Of a stretch of 64,000 nucleotides of DNA, positions 36,739 through 46,128 are shown in pieces. The notes beneath the pieces are model-generated. The model was given only the letters and a program-made list of their open reading frames with translations. It ran no database searches and had not been told where the DNA came from. The stretch is from a virus: IMG/VR virus record IMGVR_UViG_3300015615_000680, positions 12,557 through 76,556 of that record. One strand, written 5' to 3'. Numbering within the stretch: the stretch's first letter is position 1; each line of letters opens with the position of its first letter. A program made the position numbers and the translations under genes.

Positions 36739-37727
36739 CGGCCGGCGCCTTGCGACGACGTGCGATGCCGGGCGATCAGCGATGGCGGCGCATGGCACCC
36801 CGGTTGCTCCGGCGTCGGCCCATAGCCCTCCGGCCAGTCGCCGCGCGTGCGGCCCCGCTCGTGGCCGAAGTAAGCAGCGACGAGGTAGTCCCACGTCGCC
36901 TCGTCGACGCTGGCCCAGGGTGGCTCCGGAGCGGGCGGATCGGCCGGACGATGGGTTGCACTCCGGCCGCCAAAGCGCGTCATCGCGTAGCCGCACCACG
37001 TCCGGAAGGCCGCCTCAAGGTCGGCGAACGTGTTGCCCCTCATCGCGTGGTGGTCGATGAAGCTGGGCAGCTCGGCCTCCCAGTCGAGCGTCGGAAATCG
37101 TTCCCGGAGCCGTTCGACCGTCCGCTCGGCCGGCCGCCAATCGGGCGGTACGGCGCGTCGGCGCGGTGATGCGGCTTTGCGCGGTGCGGGCGGGTCGGCG
37201 AGGCAGCGCGGCTGTCCGCCGTCTCCCCCCTGCACCCCCCTCTGACCCGAGAGTGGATCTATCCGATTAGCTTCGATGCCTGATGGAGGAGGAGATCCCT
37301 TCTGGTTATGGTTATGGTTATGGTTATGGATAGCATCGTTTTGCATGCTCTCCCGCATATGCACAACGGATGCATTTGCATCAGCGGTTTCGTTGTTTTT
37401 CAACCATCTCGTGTTCGCGGCGCCCTTCCTCTGTTTGGATGTGTCGGAAATTCGCGTTCGTTCCTCTCGCAATCTTTTCTGCAACCAGTACCCCTCGTCG
37501 TCGAGGGTCCAGAAGGCCATTACGGTCGAACGGATGGGTTTCCAGGCGCGGGTCGTCATCCGCGCCGTGCGGGCGAGGAACACGTCGTCATCAGGGAGCC
37601 GGCAGTCGGCTCGCAGCCAAGCAGCCATCAGCAGGAGCAGGTAGGCGCCGTGCTCCTGGCTCGACAGGTGCATCGTGTCGGAGAGATAGGCGCGCACCTC
37701 GATCGACAGGAATGGATAGTCAGCCAT
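36735..37727 (-). CDS. DUF1376/YdaU-family replication initiator
   Basis: YLSDTMHLSSQEHGAYLLLLMAAW...WLQKRLREE; C-terminal PPDWRP...F.DHH...AAFRTW. Confidence 0.85.
   Translation of the reverse strand: MADYPFLSIEVRAYLSDTMHLSSQEHGAYLLLLMAAWLRADCRLPDDDVFLARTARMTTRAWKPIRSTVMAFWTLDDEGYWLQKRLREERTRISDTSKQRKGAANTRWLKNNETADANASVVHMRESMQNDAIHNHNHNHNQKGSPPPSGIEANRIDPLSGQRGVQGGDGGQPRCLADPPAPRKAASPRRRAVPPDWRPAERTVERLRERFPTLDWEAELPSFIDHHAMRGNTFADLEAAFRTWCGYAMTRFGGRSATHRPADPPAPEPPWASVDEATWDYLVAAYFGHERGRTRGDWPEGYGPTPEQPGCHAPPSLIARHRTSSQGAGR
37303..37326. repeat. (TGGTTA)4 tandem repeat inside initiator gene
   Basis: Direct reading; encodes HNHNHNH. Confidence 0.9.
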
Positions 37728-38229
37728 GGCCGCTCGTCCATTCCGCTGGCGTGCGCGCGCTCTTATGGCAATTGCAACTGCGGCAGGCTACAGCCAAGTT
37801 ATCGACGCTATCGCCGCCGCCGCGCGACACCGGATCGATATGATCGACCGTGAAGGTCTCAACCGTCAGGGCAACGCGGCAATAGACGCACCGCCCGCCC
37901 GAGCGCTTCCATACGTCCAACCGCAGTTTCTGCGGCAAGGGACGGCGGCCCGGAATCTCAAGTATGGCGACCGCGGCGTCGCCGAGTTCAATTCGTCCAT
38001 CGGTCGCCCGCAGCAGGCCGTGTTCGATCAAAGGCTGCCGGAACCGACGCCACACGCGCGGATCGCGGCGAAGGATGGCACCAGCGATGAACAGATCATG
38101 ATCTTCCGGGCCGGTGCCCTCGCTCATGATCCATTCCATGATCGTGGCGAAAGCGCCCCGCTGCTCAAGGGTCAGCGGCCTGGTGACATCGAGGGCGGCT
38201 CGCGCGTTGCGGCGATACTGCTTACCCAC
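37720..38229 (-). CDS. DUF1376-like N-terminus fused to HNH endonuclease
   Basis: LTLEQRGAFATI; RCVYC...DHIDPVSRGGGDSVDNLAVACRSCN. Confidence 0.85.
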   Translation of the reverse strand: MGKQYRRNARAALDVTRPLTLEQRGAFATIMEWIMSEGTGPEDHDLFIAGAILRRDPRVWRRFRQPLIEHGLLRATDGRIELGDAAVAILEIPGRRPLPQKLRLDVWKRSGGRCVYCRVALTVETFTVDHIDPVSRGGGDSVDNLAVACRSCNCHKSARTPAEWTSGHG

Positions 38230-38312
38230 GGAGCCATTCCTCCGGGCAGTCGGCGAGGATCGACGCCACGTTCAGCATGATCGGCGGCCAGCGCTGCGGC
38301 ATGTACTGGCGA

Positions 38313-39788
38313 TCAGCCACGGTCGAACAGGCCCTCCGGCGCGTCGGGTTCGTCCCGCTCGATGAAGCGCATGCGCGGACCGTCCCAGCCGACGCTGATC
38401 GCCCCTTCGGTGCCGTGCCGGTTCTTGCCAACGATGATTTCGGCCGTGTCGTCGGCGACCGCGGCGGCGTCGGCCTGCTCGGCGGCGAGCGCATCCTTGG
38501 TGCGCCCGTGGCCCTGTCCGTGCTCCGACGCCTTCTTCGCCGCGTAGAAGCCGGGCCGCCACAGCAGCAGAATGTTGTCGGCGTCCGCTTCGATCATGCC
38601 GGAGCCGAACAGGTCGGCCTTGGTCGGCCGCGGGCTGTCGCGCTTGTCCACGTCGCGCGTGAGCTGGCTCAGCAACACCACCGGCACGCCAAGCGCCTTC
38701 GCCATTGTCTTTGCCTCGCCGGTGATGTGGCCGATCGCCTCGCGGTCGGTGCGGAAGCCCGGCGACCACGCGATGCGCTGCAGGTGGTCGATGATCACGA
38801 TGCCGGCGCCGTGCCTGAATTTGAGCTTGCGCGCACGCGCCCGGATCGTCTCGACGGTCTGGCCGCCGTCCTCCTCGAAATGGATCGGGATGCTGCCTAG
38901 CGCCTCCTCCGCCCGCTTCAGCAGCGGCCATTCGTGCGCGCGCACCCATCCTTTGCGCTGGCGTTCGACTGATATCCCGGTCTCCTGCGCCAGCACCCGC
39001 TGCGCGATCTGCGAATGCGACATCTCCAGTGTGAAGAAGGCGACGCCGATCCCGGCGCGCGCGCAGGCCAGCGCGATCGTGATGCCGAGCACGGTCTTCC
39101 CCTGCCCCGACCGGCCGCCGATCATGGTGAGGTCGGTGTCGAACAGCCCGCCCAGGAAGTTGTCCAGGCCGCGGACCCCTGTCGGCTTGCCCGCCAGCGC
39201 GCCGTCGCGCCGATAGGCGTCCTCGGTCTCGGCAATGGCCTGTTTCATGGCGGCGGCGAAACTGCGTGTGGTCGCCTGCCACTTCGGGCGCATCTGCGCC
39301 GCCTCGTCGAACGCGCCGGCGGTCTTCTCCGCCAGCGACCAGCCTGTTCGATCCAGGTCATCCGCATGCGCTTCCTCGATCGCCTGCGCTGCGACGTCGA
39401 TGACCCGCCGCCGCGCCGCCATGTCGAGGATGATCCGGGCGTACTCGGCGACCCCGACGATGGTCACCGCGCAATCGGCCAGCCGCGAGAGATAGTCGGG
39501 GCCGCCGACGGCATGGAACGCCGGCTCCGTCATCAGGAGCCGCAGGGTGGCCGCGTTCGCCTGGCTGCCGCGGCGGATCATCGTCCGCATGGCGTCGTAG
39601 ACGCGCGCGTGGACGTAGTCGGCGAAGTGCTCGGGCTCCAGGAAGTCCTCGCAGATCTCCAGCGCGCGGTTGTTCACCAGGATCGCGCCCAGCAGGGACA
39701 TCTCCGCCTCGAGGTTGTGCGGCGGCAGGCGGGCGGTGTCCGGGTTGACGAGGCTGATCGGGGGGCGGCCGGCCACAGCCATCGTCAC
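38313..39788 (-). CDS. dnaB: DnaB-like replicative helicase
   Basis: PPHNLEAEMSLLGAIL, GGRSGQGKT, FTLEMS, IIDHLQ, LLSQLTR, IEADAD, KNRHG. Confidence 0.93.
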   Translation of the reverse strand: MTMAVAGRPPISLVNPDTARLPPHNLEAEMSLLGAILVNNRALEICEDFLEPEHFADYVHARVYDAMRTMIRRGSQANAATLRLLMTEPAFHAVGGPDYLSRLADCAVTIVGVAEYARIILDMAARRRVIDVAAQAIEEAHADDLDRTGWSLAEKTAGAFDEAAQMRPKWQATTRSFAAAMKQAIAETEDAYRRDGALAGKPTGVRGLDNFLGGLFDTDLTMIGGRSGQGKTVLGITIALACARAGIGVAFFTLEMSHSQIAQRVLAQETGISVERQRKGWVRAHEWPLLKRAEEALGSIPIHFEEDGGQTVETIRARARKLKFRHGAGIVIIDHLQRIAWSPGFRTDREAIGHITGEAKTMAKALGVPVVLLSQLTRDVDKRDSPRPTKADLFGSGMIEADADNILLLWRPGFYAAKKASEHGQGHGRTKDALAAEQADAAAVADDTAEIIVGKNRHGTEGAISVGWDGPRMRFIERDEPDAPEGLFDRG

Positions 39789-40069
39789 CCTCCCAACGCC
39801 AGCGATCGCAGCAGGGCGTCCGCCTGCCCGGGGGACAGCGTGCCAACCTCCGGCCAGGCGAGGTTCAGGATCGCGGCGCGGACCGTCAGCACCGGGACGC
39901 CGCGCGCGATCAACGCCAGCGCGAAGGCGCGCAGCGCGTCGTGGGAATCGGGTTGAGACGTGGCGTCATAGGGCATGGTTTGGCCTGTTGCCTCGATCCC
40001 CAATTGGGTAGCGGTGCCCACCGATTCGCGGACCGGGGGCATTAGGCGAATCGTGGGGATAACCGACAT
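39785..40069 (-). CDS. Hypothetical protein
   Basis: GGAG RBS, coupled to dnaB start. Confidence 0.5.
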   Translation of the reverse strand: MSVIPTIRLMPPVRESVGTATQLGIEATGQTMPYDATSQPDSHDALRAFALALIARGVPVLTVRAAILNLAWPEVGTLSPGQADALLRSLALGG

Positions 40070-40072
40070 CGA

Positions 40073-43000
40073 TCACTCCGCCGCTTCGCCTGGCGCCGGC
40101 TCGGCCGGGGCTTCGGCGTCGAGCAGATCGAACAGCGTCGGCACGGCGAGGTCGCGCTCGATGGTCTGGCAATACCCGACGGCGTCGCGCCAATAGAGCG
40201 CGTTCAGCTCGATCCCGAGCCCGTTCCGTCCCAGCTTGACCGCGAGGAATGGGACCGTGCCGATTCCCATGAACGGATCGAGCACCGCCTCACCGGGCAT
40301 GCTGAACTGGACGATCGCCCGCTCGACGATGTCCAGCGGCAGCGGGCACAGGTGTTGTTCACGGCCGGCCGCCGATTGCGCCCCGTTGAGCGTGCGCATG
40401 CGCGCCACGTCGGTCCACACGTCGGGATGCGCTGAGTGCGGCGGCAGCAGCATGAACGTCGATGGCAGCCGCTGCAGGTGGTCGAGCCCCTCGGTCACCG
40501 CGACGTGCCCGGCGAAGTCGTAGACCTCGTCCCGTGAGCGGTCGCGCCACAGCTTGTAGAGCTGCTCGTGCGGCAAGGTGGCGAGTTCGTCGAGCGACAG
40601 CAGCCGGTCGCCGGACGATCGCGCGAAACCGTGGGCATCGAGTTGCCAGCGAGCCCGGCTGTAGCCGGTGCCGGGCACCGGCTTTTTCCAGTTTGTGCGC
40701 TGGTTGAACGGCGCCGCCTCGCCGTGGTCGTCGCAGAGCGGTTTCTCCTTGACCACCGGGACGTCCGCGTAGCCGTCGGAGAGATCGGTCGGGGGCTTGC
40801 GGAACAGCAGGACGTATTCCGGCATGCCGCACCCCATGCGGCTACCGTCCTTGCATTGCTCCGTCCAGCCCAGCCGATAGGTCTGGTTGTTCTCCCGCAC
40901 CACATCGGTTGTGATGGTCTTGCGCGCGAGGAAGGCGAAGCCGTGGCGGCGGAAGTGCGCCACGCATTCGTCGCTGAATGGCTGCACGGTCTGGAACCCG
41001 AGCCCGTTGATGCCGCCCGGCACGATCCGGTCCTTGACGTGGATGACGGCGTTGCGGCCCGGCCGCAGCACCCGCAGCAGCTCGGGTGTCAGGTAGTCCA
41101 TCTGGCGCCAGAAGTGGTCGTTGTCGTCGGTGTGGCCGAAATCGTTGTAGGACGGCGTGTATTCGTACTGCGTCGCGAACGGGATCGAGGTGACGATGAG
41201 GTCCACGCTGTCGGCCGCCATCGACCGCGCCTCCTCGACGCAGTCGTTGTTGACCGCGACGAAGCGCGCACCCCGCGCCTCCCGCCGCGCCACGCCGATC
41301 GAGCGCGTGAGCGCGCCGACGATGGCCTGTTCGGCAAGGCCGTATTCTCGAATGATCCCAGCCATGATGGCGGCCTGGTCATTGTGACGCGCCCACTTGG
41401 CTTTGATGGCGCGTCGAATTTCCCGCTCCGCCTCGGTGTAGATAAAATCGACCGTGCACGGGTGCGCCTGCCCGAAGCGCTGGATGCGGTGCACGCCTTG
41501 GACGATCTCGTAGAACTTGAAATGCACCCCGGCGAAGATCATGCGGTGGCATTGCTGGAGGTTCACCCCAGCGCCATACATCGAAGTCTTCGACAGAAAG
41601 ACGGTTGTACGCCGGGCGCGCCAATCCTCAAGCAGGCGCTCCCGCTCTTCGACAGATTGGGAGCCGTACAGTGAAGAAACGGTCAGGCCAGCCGCGGCGA
41701 AGGCTTTTTCAAGGGCTCGCTGTTCGTCGTTGAGATCGCACCAGACAACAACCTGTTCAACATCAACATCCGTCCGATGCTCAGATATTCCAGCGCCCGT
41801 TCGAGATTCGCCGGGCTCTCCTCCAGCAGACCCAACGCCGCATTGCACCTCCTGCACAAGATGCCCCGCACCGTTCCCGTCGCGTGCGAGTGATCCACGG
41901 CCGCCTTCGTCGGATACGCAAGGAGCCTCTGGCAGATCGGGCATTCGTAGCCCTGCGCGATCAGCATCTGCCGATACTGTTCCGGCGTGATCCCGTACAG
42001 GCGTTCCCTCTCGCGCTCGCGCTGCCTCTCCATCAGTTTCGGCCGATTGGCGTTCACGTAGTCTTTCATGTACGCCTTCCTCTCCGGGGACGCGCGGTAC
42101 ACCGCCACCTTGTCCTTCGCCCGGTGATAGTACGCGCGCTGATAGCGGCGCTGATATGCCTTGCGAATTTCCGGGTCTTTGTGCGGCATGGAGCACCAAT
42201 TCAATGGTTTTAGCGACGCGATGAGACAGGCTGTCCCGCTTCTCCCTTGCAGCGTCGGCCACGCCGACCGTCGCATCGCGGAACATGCGGGACTGGCCAT
42301 CGCGCTCCATTCCCGCTCCGCCGTGATCGGTCGGGATCTCGTGCCATCGGATGTCGAGCGGGGGAAGCACATAGCGGTCATTCGAAAAGCCAAGGTCCCC
42401 CGGTTTCTGGAGGAACAGCGCCCAGCTGGCGACGAACATCCACCATTCGCGCTCCTTGTGGGGGTACAGGGTCAGGTGGTCCGCCTTCTCGCTGTCCCGC
42501 TTGAAATATCGCGTTTTGATCTGCCCGACGTCCATCACCCCGAGGAACGCGGAATAGGCCGCCAACTCGATGAAGTCGTTCGGGTCGGGAGTAGCAGTCG
42601 CGACAAAGCGGTAGTGCACCCCTTCGAACAGCCGCATGAACTCGCGGAACGTCTTCGTCCCGCCCATGCCACGCAACACGCTGGCTTCATCCAGCGACCA
42701 GGCGCCTGCTTGGGCCGGATCAACCTTGCCGTCACGCACGCTCTCGTAGTTGGTGAGATTGATCACGCCGCGATCGGCCGAGAGGTCGGCCGTCCGGCGG
42801 ATGAAATTCAGCCGGACCGCGTGGTCGCCCTGGAACCACAGCTCGGCGTCGCGGAAGAATTCTTGCCGCACCCCGAGCGGCAGGACGATGCCGACCGGCA
42901 GGTTCTGGTGCTTCGCGATCAGCCGCATGATCTCGATCTGCATCGAGGTCTTGTGCAGCCCGAAGCTCGCGAAGATCGCCCGCCGGCCGCCGCGGCAGGC

Positions 43001-43144
43001 CCACGGGACGATCGCGCGGACGTGCGGCTTGAGCGCCGGGTTCACGTCCGCCGGGTCGACCTCGAAGCCCTGGCTTTCGGCCAGCCTGATCTTCCCTTCG
43101 AGGAAGGCGCGATAGTCGTCGGGCACGGTGAGCGGGTCGCTCAT
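40073..43144 (-). CDS. SF2 helicase-like domain fused to beta-class N4/N6 DNA methyltransferase, with ~145-aa internal insert
   Basis: FGLHKT, LDEAS, TATPDPND, GVNLQ, HRIQRFGQ; then DLIVTSIPF, HLCPL, VLDPFMGIGT. Confidence 0.88.
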   Translation of the reverse strand: MSDPLTVPDDYRAFLEGKIRLAESQGFEVDPADVNPALKPHVRAIVPWACRGGRRAIFASFGLHKTSMQIEIMRLIAKHQNLPVGIVLPLGVRQEFFRDAELWFQGDHAVRLNFIRRTADLSADRGVINLTNYESVRDGKVDPAQAGAWSLDEASVLRGMGGTKTFREFMRLFEGVHYRFVATATPDPNDFIELAAYSAFLGVMDVGQIKTRYFKRDSEKADHLTLYPHKEREWWMFVASWALFLQKPGDLGFSNDRYVLPPLDIRWHEIPTDHGGAGMERDGQSRMFRDATVGVADAAREKRDSLSHRVAKTIELVLHAAQRPGNSQGISAPLSARVLSPGEGQGGGVPRVPGEEGVHERLRERQSAETDGEAARAREGTPVRDHAGTVSADADRAGLRMPDLPEAPCVSDEGGRGSLARDGNGAGHLVQEVQCGVGSAGGEPGESRTGAGISEHRTDVDVEQVVVWCDLNDEQRALEKAFAAAGLTVSSLYGSQSVEERERLLEDWRARRTTVFLSKTSMYGAGVNLQQCHRMIFAGVHFKFYEIVQGVHRIQRFGQAHPCTVDFIYTEAEREIRRAIKAKWARHNDQAAIMAGIIREYGLAEQAIVGALTRSIGVARREARGARFVAVNNDCVEEARSMAADSVDLIVTSIPFATQYEYTPSYNDFGHTDDNDHFWRQMDYLTPELLRVLRPGRNAVIHVKDRIVPGGINGLGFQTVQPFSDECVAHFRRHGFAFLARKTITTDVVRENNQTYRLGWTEQCKDGSRMGCGMPEYVLLFRKPPTDLSDGYADVPVVKEKPLCDDHGEAAPFNQRTNWKKPVPGTGYSRARWQLDAHGFARSSGDRLLSLDELATLPHEQLYKLWRDRSRDEVYDFAGHVAVTEGLDHLQRLPSTFMLLPPHSAHPDVWTDVARMRTLNGAQSAAGREQHLCPLPLDIVERAIVQFSMPGEAVLDPFMGIGTVPFLAVKLGRNGLGIELNALYWRDAVGYCQTIERDLAVPTLFDLLDAEAPAEPAPGEAAE
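41683..42189 (-). CDS. Endonuclease VII-like (His-Me finger) homing endonuclease nested in +1 frame of the helicase-methylase gene
   Basis: YGITPEQYRQMLIAQGYECPIC...VDHSHATGTVRGILCRRCNAALGLLEESPANLERALEYL. Confidence 0.9.
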   Translation of the reverse strand: MPHKDPEIRKAYQRRYQRAYYHRAKDKVAVYRASPERKAYMKDYVNANRPKLMERQRERERERLYGITPEQYRQMLIAQGYECPICQRLLAYPTKAAVDHSHATGTVRGILCRRCNAALGLLEESPANLERALEYLSIGRMLMLNRLLSGAISTTNSEPLKKPSPRLA

Positions 43145-43398
43145 GCCGCCCTCGCCCGCCACGCGCGGATCACCGCGACCGTCCGGCGGCGATCGATGAC
43201 GACCGCGCCGGCCTTGATCGCCTCACGGCGCTTGGCCTGGCACAGGTCGTAGTGCGGCGTGCCGTGACCCTGGTACCAGGCGCGCTTAAGGCCGATCCGG
43301 TCGGCCATCGCGTGCAGCTCGTCCAGGCTGTCAGCGAGCATGTGCGACATGATCATGCCGCGGTAGGCGCGGCGGCCGGCATCGACGTAGACGCTCAT
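43141..43398 (-). CDS. DUF4031-family protein
   Basis: MSVYVD...MSHMLADSLDELHAMADRIG...WYQ...HYDL. Confidence 0.85.
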   Translation of the reverse strand: MSVYVDAGRRAYRGMIMSHMLADSLDELHAMADRIGLKRAWYQGHGTPHYDLCQAKRREAIKAGAVVIDRRRTVAVIRAWRARAA

Positions 43399-43985
43399 GC
43401 CCGCCTCCACGGCAGCGGCCGCGCGTCGTCGGGTACGCGCATCCGGCCGCGCGCCATCGGGTGCAGAGGCTGGCCGGAGCCGCTGACGCCAAGGCACCAG
43501 AAGCGATCATCGGCGTCGGGGGAATCGGCGGGTTGGCCGAAATGTTCTAAGCACTCGTCGAGGTGGATCGGATCGCGGCAAGCCGGTTCCGCGCCGAACG
43601 CGACAACGCGGAAGTACGCGGCCCGCGCGACCCTCTCGATGTCGGCGAAGTTGGCGCAGATGTCATCGCGGGCGTACCAGTCCGGGCCGTTGTTCGCCCA
43701 ATCCGCCCACCGCCACATGTCGGCCGGCATGCTCGAGACGAACGGATAGAGGTTGACGCCGATCCAACCGTCGTAGCCCCAGGCGCGGGAGAAGTGCGTG
43801 ACGCGCTGCGCCGTCGGATCGCTCCGAACGTTGCCCGCGACGCTGGGGTTCAGCATCAACCACGCGACCCAGCGCTTCGGGTCAGGGACCCACCAGCGGC
43901 GGATTTGCCGGCGAATGGTCTCGCCGCGGGCGAACATGGCGTCGCCGCGCTGCTCGGTGGGAGGCGTCAGCACGAGCTCGCTCAT
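43395..43985 (-). CDS. DUF1643-family protein
   Basis: WLMLNPSVA...DPT...VNLYP...G.PLHP. Confidence 0.85.
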   Translation of the reverse strand: MSELVLTPPTEQRGDAMFARGETIRRQIRRWWVPDPKRWVAWLMLNPSVAGNVRSDPTAQRVTHFSRAWGYDGWIGVNLYPFVSSMPADMWRWADWANNGPDWYARDDICANFADIERVARAAYFRVVAFGAEPACRDPIHLDECLEHFGQPADSPDADDRFWCLGVSGSGQPLHPMARGRMRVPDDARPLPWRRA

Positions 43986-45745
43986 GCCGCCCCCGTGAAC
44001 ATGTCGGGGGCTTCGTCGCGCGCGACCTCCGCGAAGGACTTCCCGGCGTCCGGCGCCGGCGCGCGCCGGCTCTTGGCGTGCCGGTCGAGATACCGCTGCA
44101 CGAGGCGCTTGACGTGGCTGTAGTCGCTGTGGACCGCGGTCACGCCGAGGTGCGGGTCGACGATGCGAGAGGCCTCGGACGCCTTCAGGCCGAGCACCTC
44201 CATCATCGGCGGGTCGGAACCGTCGTCGGTGACCAGGAAGATGGCGGTCACCGGCGCGGTCTGCCCCTCGCGATCGAGGCGCCCTATGCACTGGTGATGC
44301 ACGCCGGGCGACCAGTCGAGTTCGCCGAAGACCATCGTCGAGCTGCGGCGCTGGAGCCCGTCGAGGCCGGCGCCCGACCGCAACGACATGATCAGCACGT
44401 CGGTCTCGCCGTTCAGAAACCGGCTCGCCGCGCGTCCCTTCTCCGCGGCCGTCTCGCTGCCCGTGTACATTGCCGGCCGGAGGTCTTCGAGCGCCTGCAG
44501 CCAGATCGCGTAGACCTCGCGATGCCAGCCGAGCAGGACGATCGGCTCGCCGCCCTCCACCAGGATACGGGCGAAGTCCGCCACCGCGCGGGCCTTGGAG
44601 ATGCCGGTGGCCTGCCGCACCAGCATGTCCAGCTCGCGCGCCGCGGTGCCCCGTTCGGTGAATTCGCCGGTCGTCGTGCGGACGGCGAGCGCCCGTGCCC
44701 GGTCCTCGATCGAGGACAGCGTCAATTCGTCGTGGCCGACCAGGTCCACGACGTGGTTGACCGGCGGCACCTCCTGCCCCACGTCGCGCTTGTTGCGGCG
44801 GAGGAAGGCGTACTGCTCGCGGAGGTACGTGCCGAGCGCGGCCGGATCACGGACCGATCCGGCGCCGCCGCACCACTCGCGCTGGAAGTCGAATTTCTCG
44901 CCAAGCAGCGTCGGGCGCAGGAACTCCATGATTTCCCACACCTCGTCCCCGTAGTTGTAGATCGGGGTGGCCGACAGCCCGAGCCGCAGCCTGGCCGTCT
45001 CGGCGAGCCGTCTGGCGGCCATGCCCTTGGCGACCGGGGAGCCCGGCCGGCCGACGCCGCGGCGCAGTTCCTGCACCTCGTCGAAGATCGCCAGGCGCGG
45101 CCCGATCTGGCCGAAGACGTCGGCCCAGCCGAAGATGTTCGAGTAGCGGAACACGTACACGTCGGCCGACGGCAGGCGGTACGGCTTGGTGCCGCGGATC
45201 GCGTGGGCGCGCAACGTCGTGAAGCGCTGAATGACGTTGCACCATTGCGCCGACAGATGCGGGTGGCAGACCACGACCGCGGGCAACGCATCGGGCAGCA
45301 GGCAGGCCGCGGCCGCGGTGTACGTCTTGCCGAGGCCCACTTCGTCCCCCAGCAGCAGCCCGCCGGAGCCGTTGGGCACTGCCACGGCCTGGGCTTGGTA
45401 GTGGCGCAGCACCTGCCCGTCGCGCAGCCCGACGGTCGGCGGCGGCACATAGTCTGCCGCCAGCACGCGCTCCATCTCCGCGCACGTCGCGTCGAAGCGC
45501 AGGCGACCAGTCGTCAGCGCTTCCCGATCCTGGGCGGACATGGTCATCGGATAGCGGCTGGTGAACCAGTCGAGGTCCGCCTCGGTCGCAGCGTTCTGCG
45601 GGAACACGTAGGGCGGCGCCGACGCCCTCGGGATGCGGGCGAACAACTGCTTGAGCCTGATCGCGACGTGCGGCTCGACAGCCGGGATGACCCAGGCGTC
45701 GCCGACGCGGATCAGCTCGCCGTAGGTCCGCGCTGGGGCGCTCAC
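43982..45745 (-). CDS. SNF2-family helicase
   Basis: GDEVGLGKT, FDEVQELR, LSATPIYN, GAGLDGLQ, QCIGRLDREGQ. Confidence 0.92.
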   Translation of the reverse strand: MSAPARTYGELIRVGDAWVIPAVEPHVAIRLKQLFARIPRASAPPYVFPQNAATEADLDWFTSRYPMTMSAQDREALTTGRLRFDATCAEMERVLAADYVPPPTVGLRDGQVLRHYQAQAVAVPNGSGGLLLGDEVGLGKTYTAAAACLLPDALPAVVVCHPHLSAQWCNVIQRFTTLRAHAIRGTKPYRLPSADVYVFRYSNIFGWADVFGQIGPRLAIFDEVQELRRGVGRPGSPVAKGMAARRLAETARLRLGLSATPIYNYGDEVWEIMEFLRPTLLGEKFDFQREWCGGAGSVRDPAALGTYLREQYAFLRRNKRDVGQEVPPVNHVVDLVGHDELTLSSIEDRARALAVRTTTGEFTERGTAARELDMLVRQATGISKARAVADFARILVEGGEPIVLLGWHREVYAIWLQALEDLRPAMYTGSETAAEKGRAASRFLNGETDVLIMSLRSGAGLDGLQRRSSTMVFGELDWSPGVHHQCIGRLDREGQTAPVTAIFLVTDDGSDPPMMEVLGLKASEASRIVDPHLGVTAVHSDYSHVKRLVQRYLDRHAKSRRAPAPDAGKSFAEVARDEAPDMFTGAA

Positions 45746-46128
45746 AGCCATGCCCTTCCGAGGCTGACTTCCCACGACGGCTTGCCCTCGATCGAGGCGG
45801 CCAGGCCGACGGCGCGGTTGGTGGCCAGCACCAACGCGGCGACCCGGTCGTGACGGGCGTAGCGCGCAAGCTGGCGGCCGATCTCGGCACGGCGCGCGCG
45901 GTTGAGCTTCACTTCCACCGCGATCGCATCGTCGACCATCAGGTCCACGATGTCGCCGGGCGCCAAGCGCACCTCGCGCGCGCAGCCATGTCCTGCGGCG
46001 GCGAGCGCCGCGGCGAGGTCCGCCTGTGCCCGTTTCTCGTTTGTGAGGTCGACGCGCGCGGCGCGCAGCACCGCCACCACGGACCGCGCGGTCTCGACCA
46101 GCGGCGCCATCGGGATGCCCGCCGTCAT
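45742..46128 (-). CDS. Small PD-(D/E)xK restriction-like nuclease
   Basis: REVRLAPGDIVDLMVDDAIAVEVK...QLARYA. Confidence 0.7.
   Translation of the reverse strand: MTAGIPMAPLVETARSVVAVLRAARVDLTNEKRAQADLAAALAAAGHGCAREVRLAPGDIVDLMVDDAIAVEVKLNRARRAEIGRQLARYARHDRVAALVLATNRAVGLAASIEGKPSWEVSLGRAWL

Noticed and set aside
38222..38320. 32-aa coupled ORF between dnaB and the HNH gene
   Set aside because: Plausible from its overlaps, but too short and motif-free to support
41760..42200. Intein or group I intron explanation for the methylase insert
   Set aside because: No intein N-terminal block or His-Asn C-terminus, and the nuclease ORF fills the insert, leaving no space for a ribozyme core; not excluded experimentally
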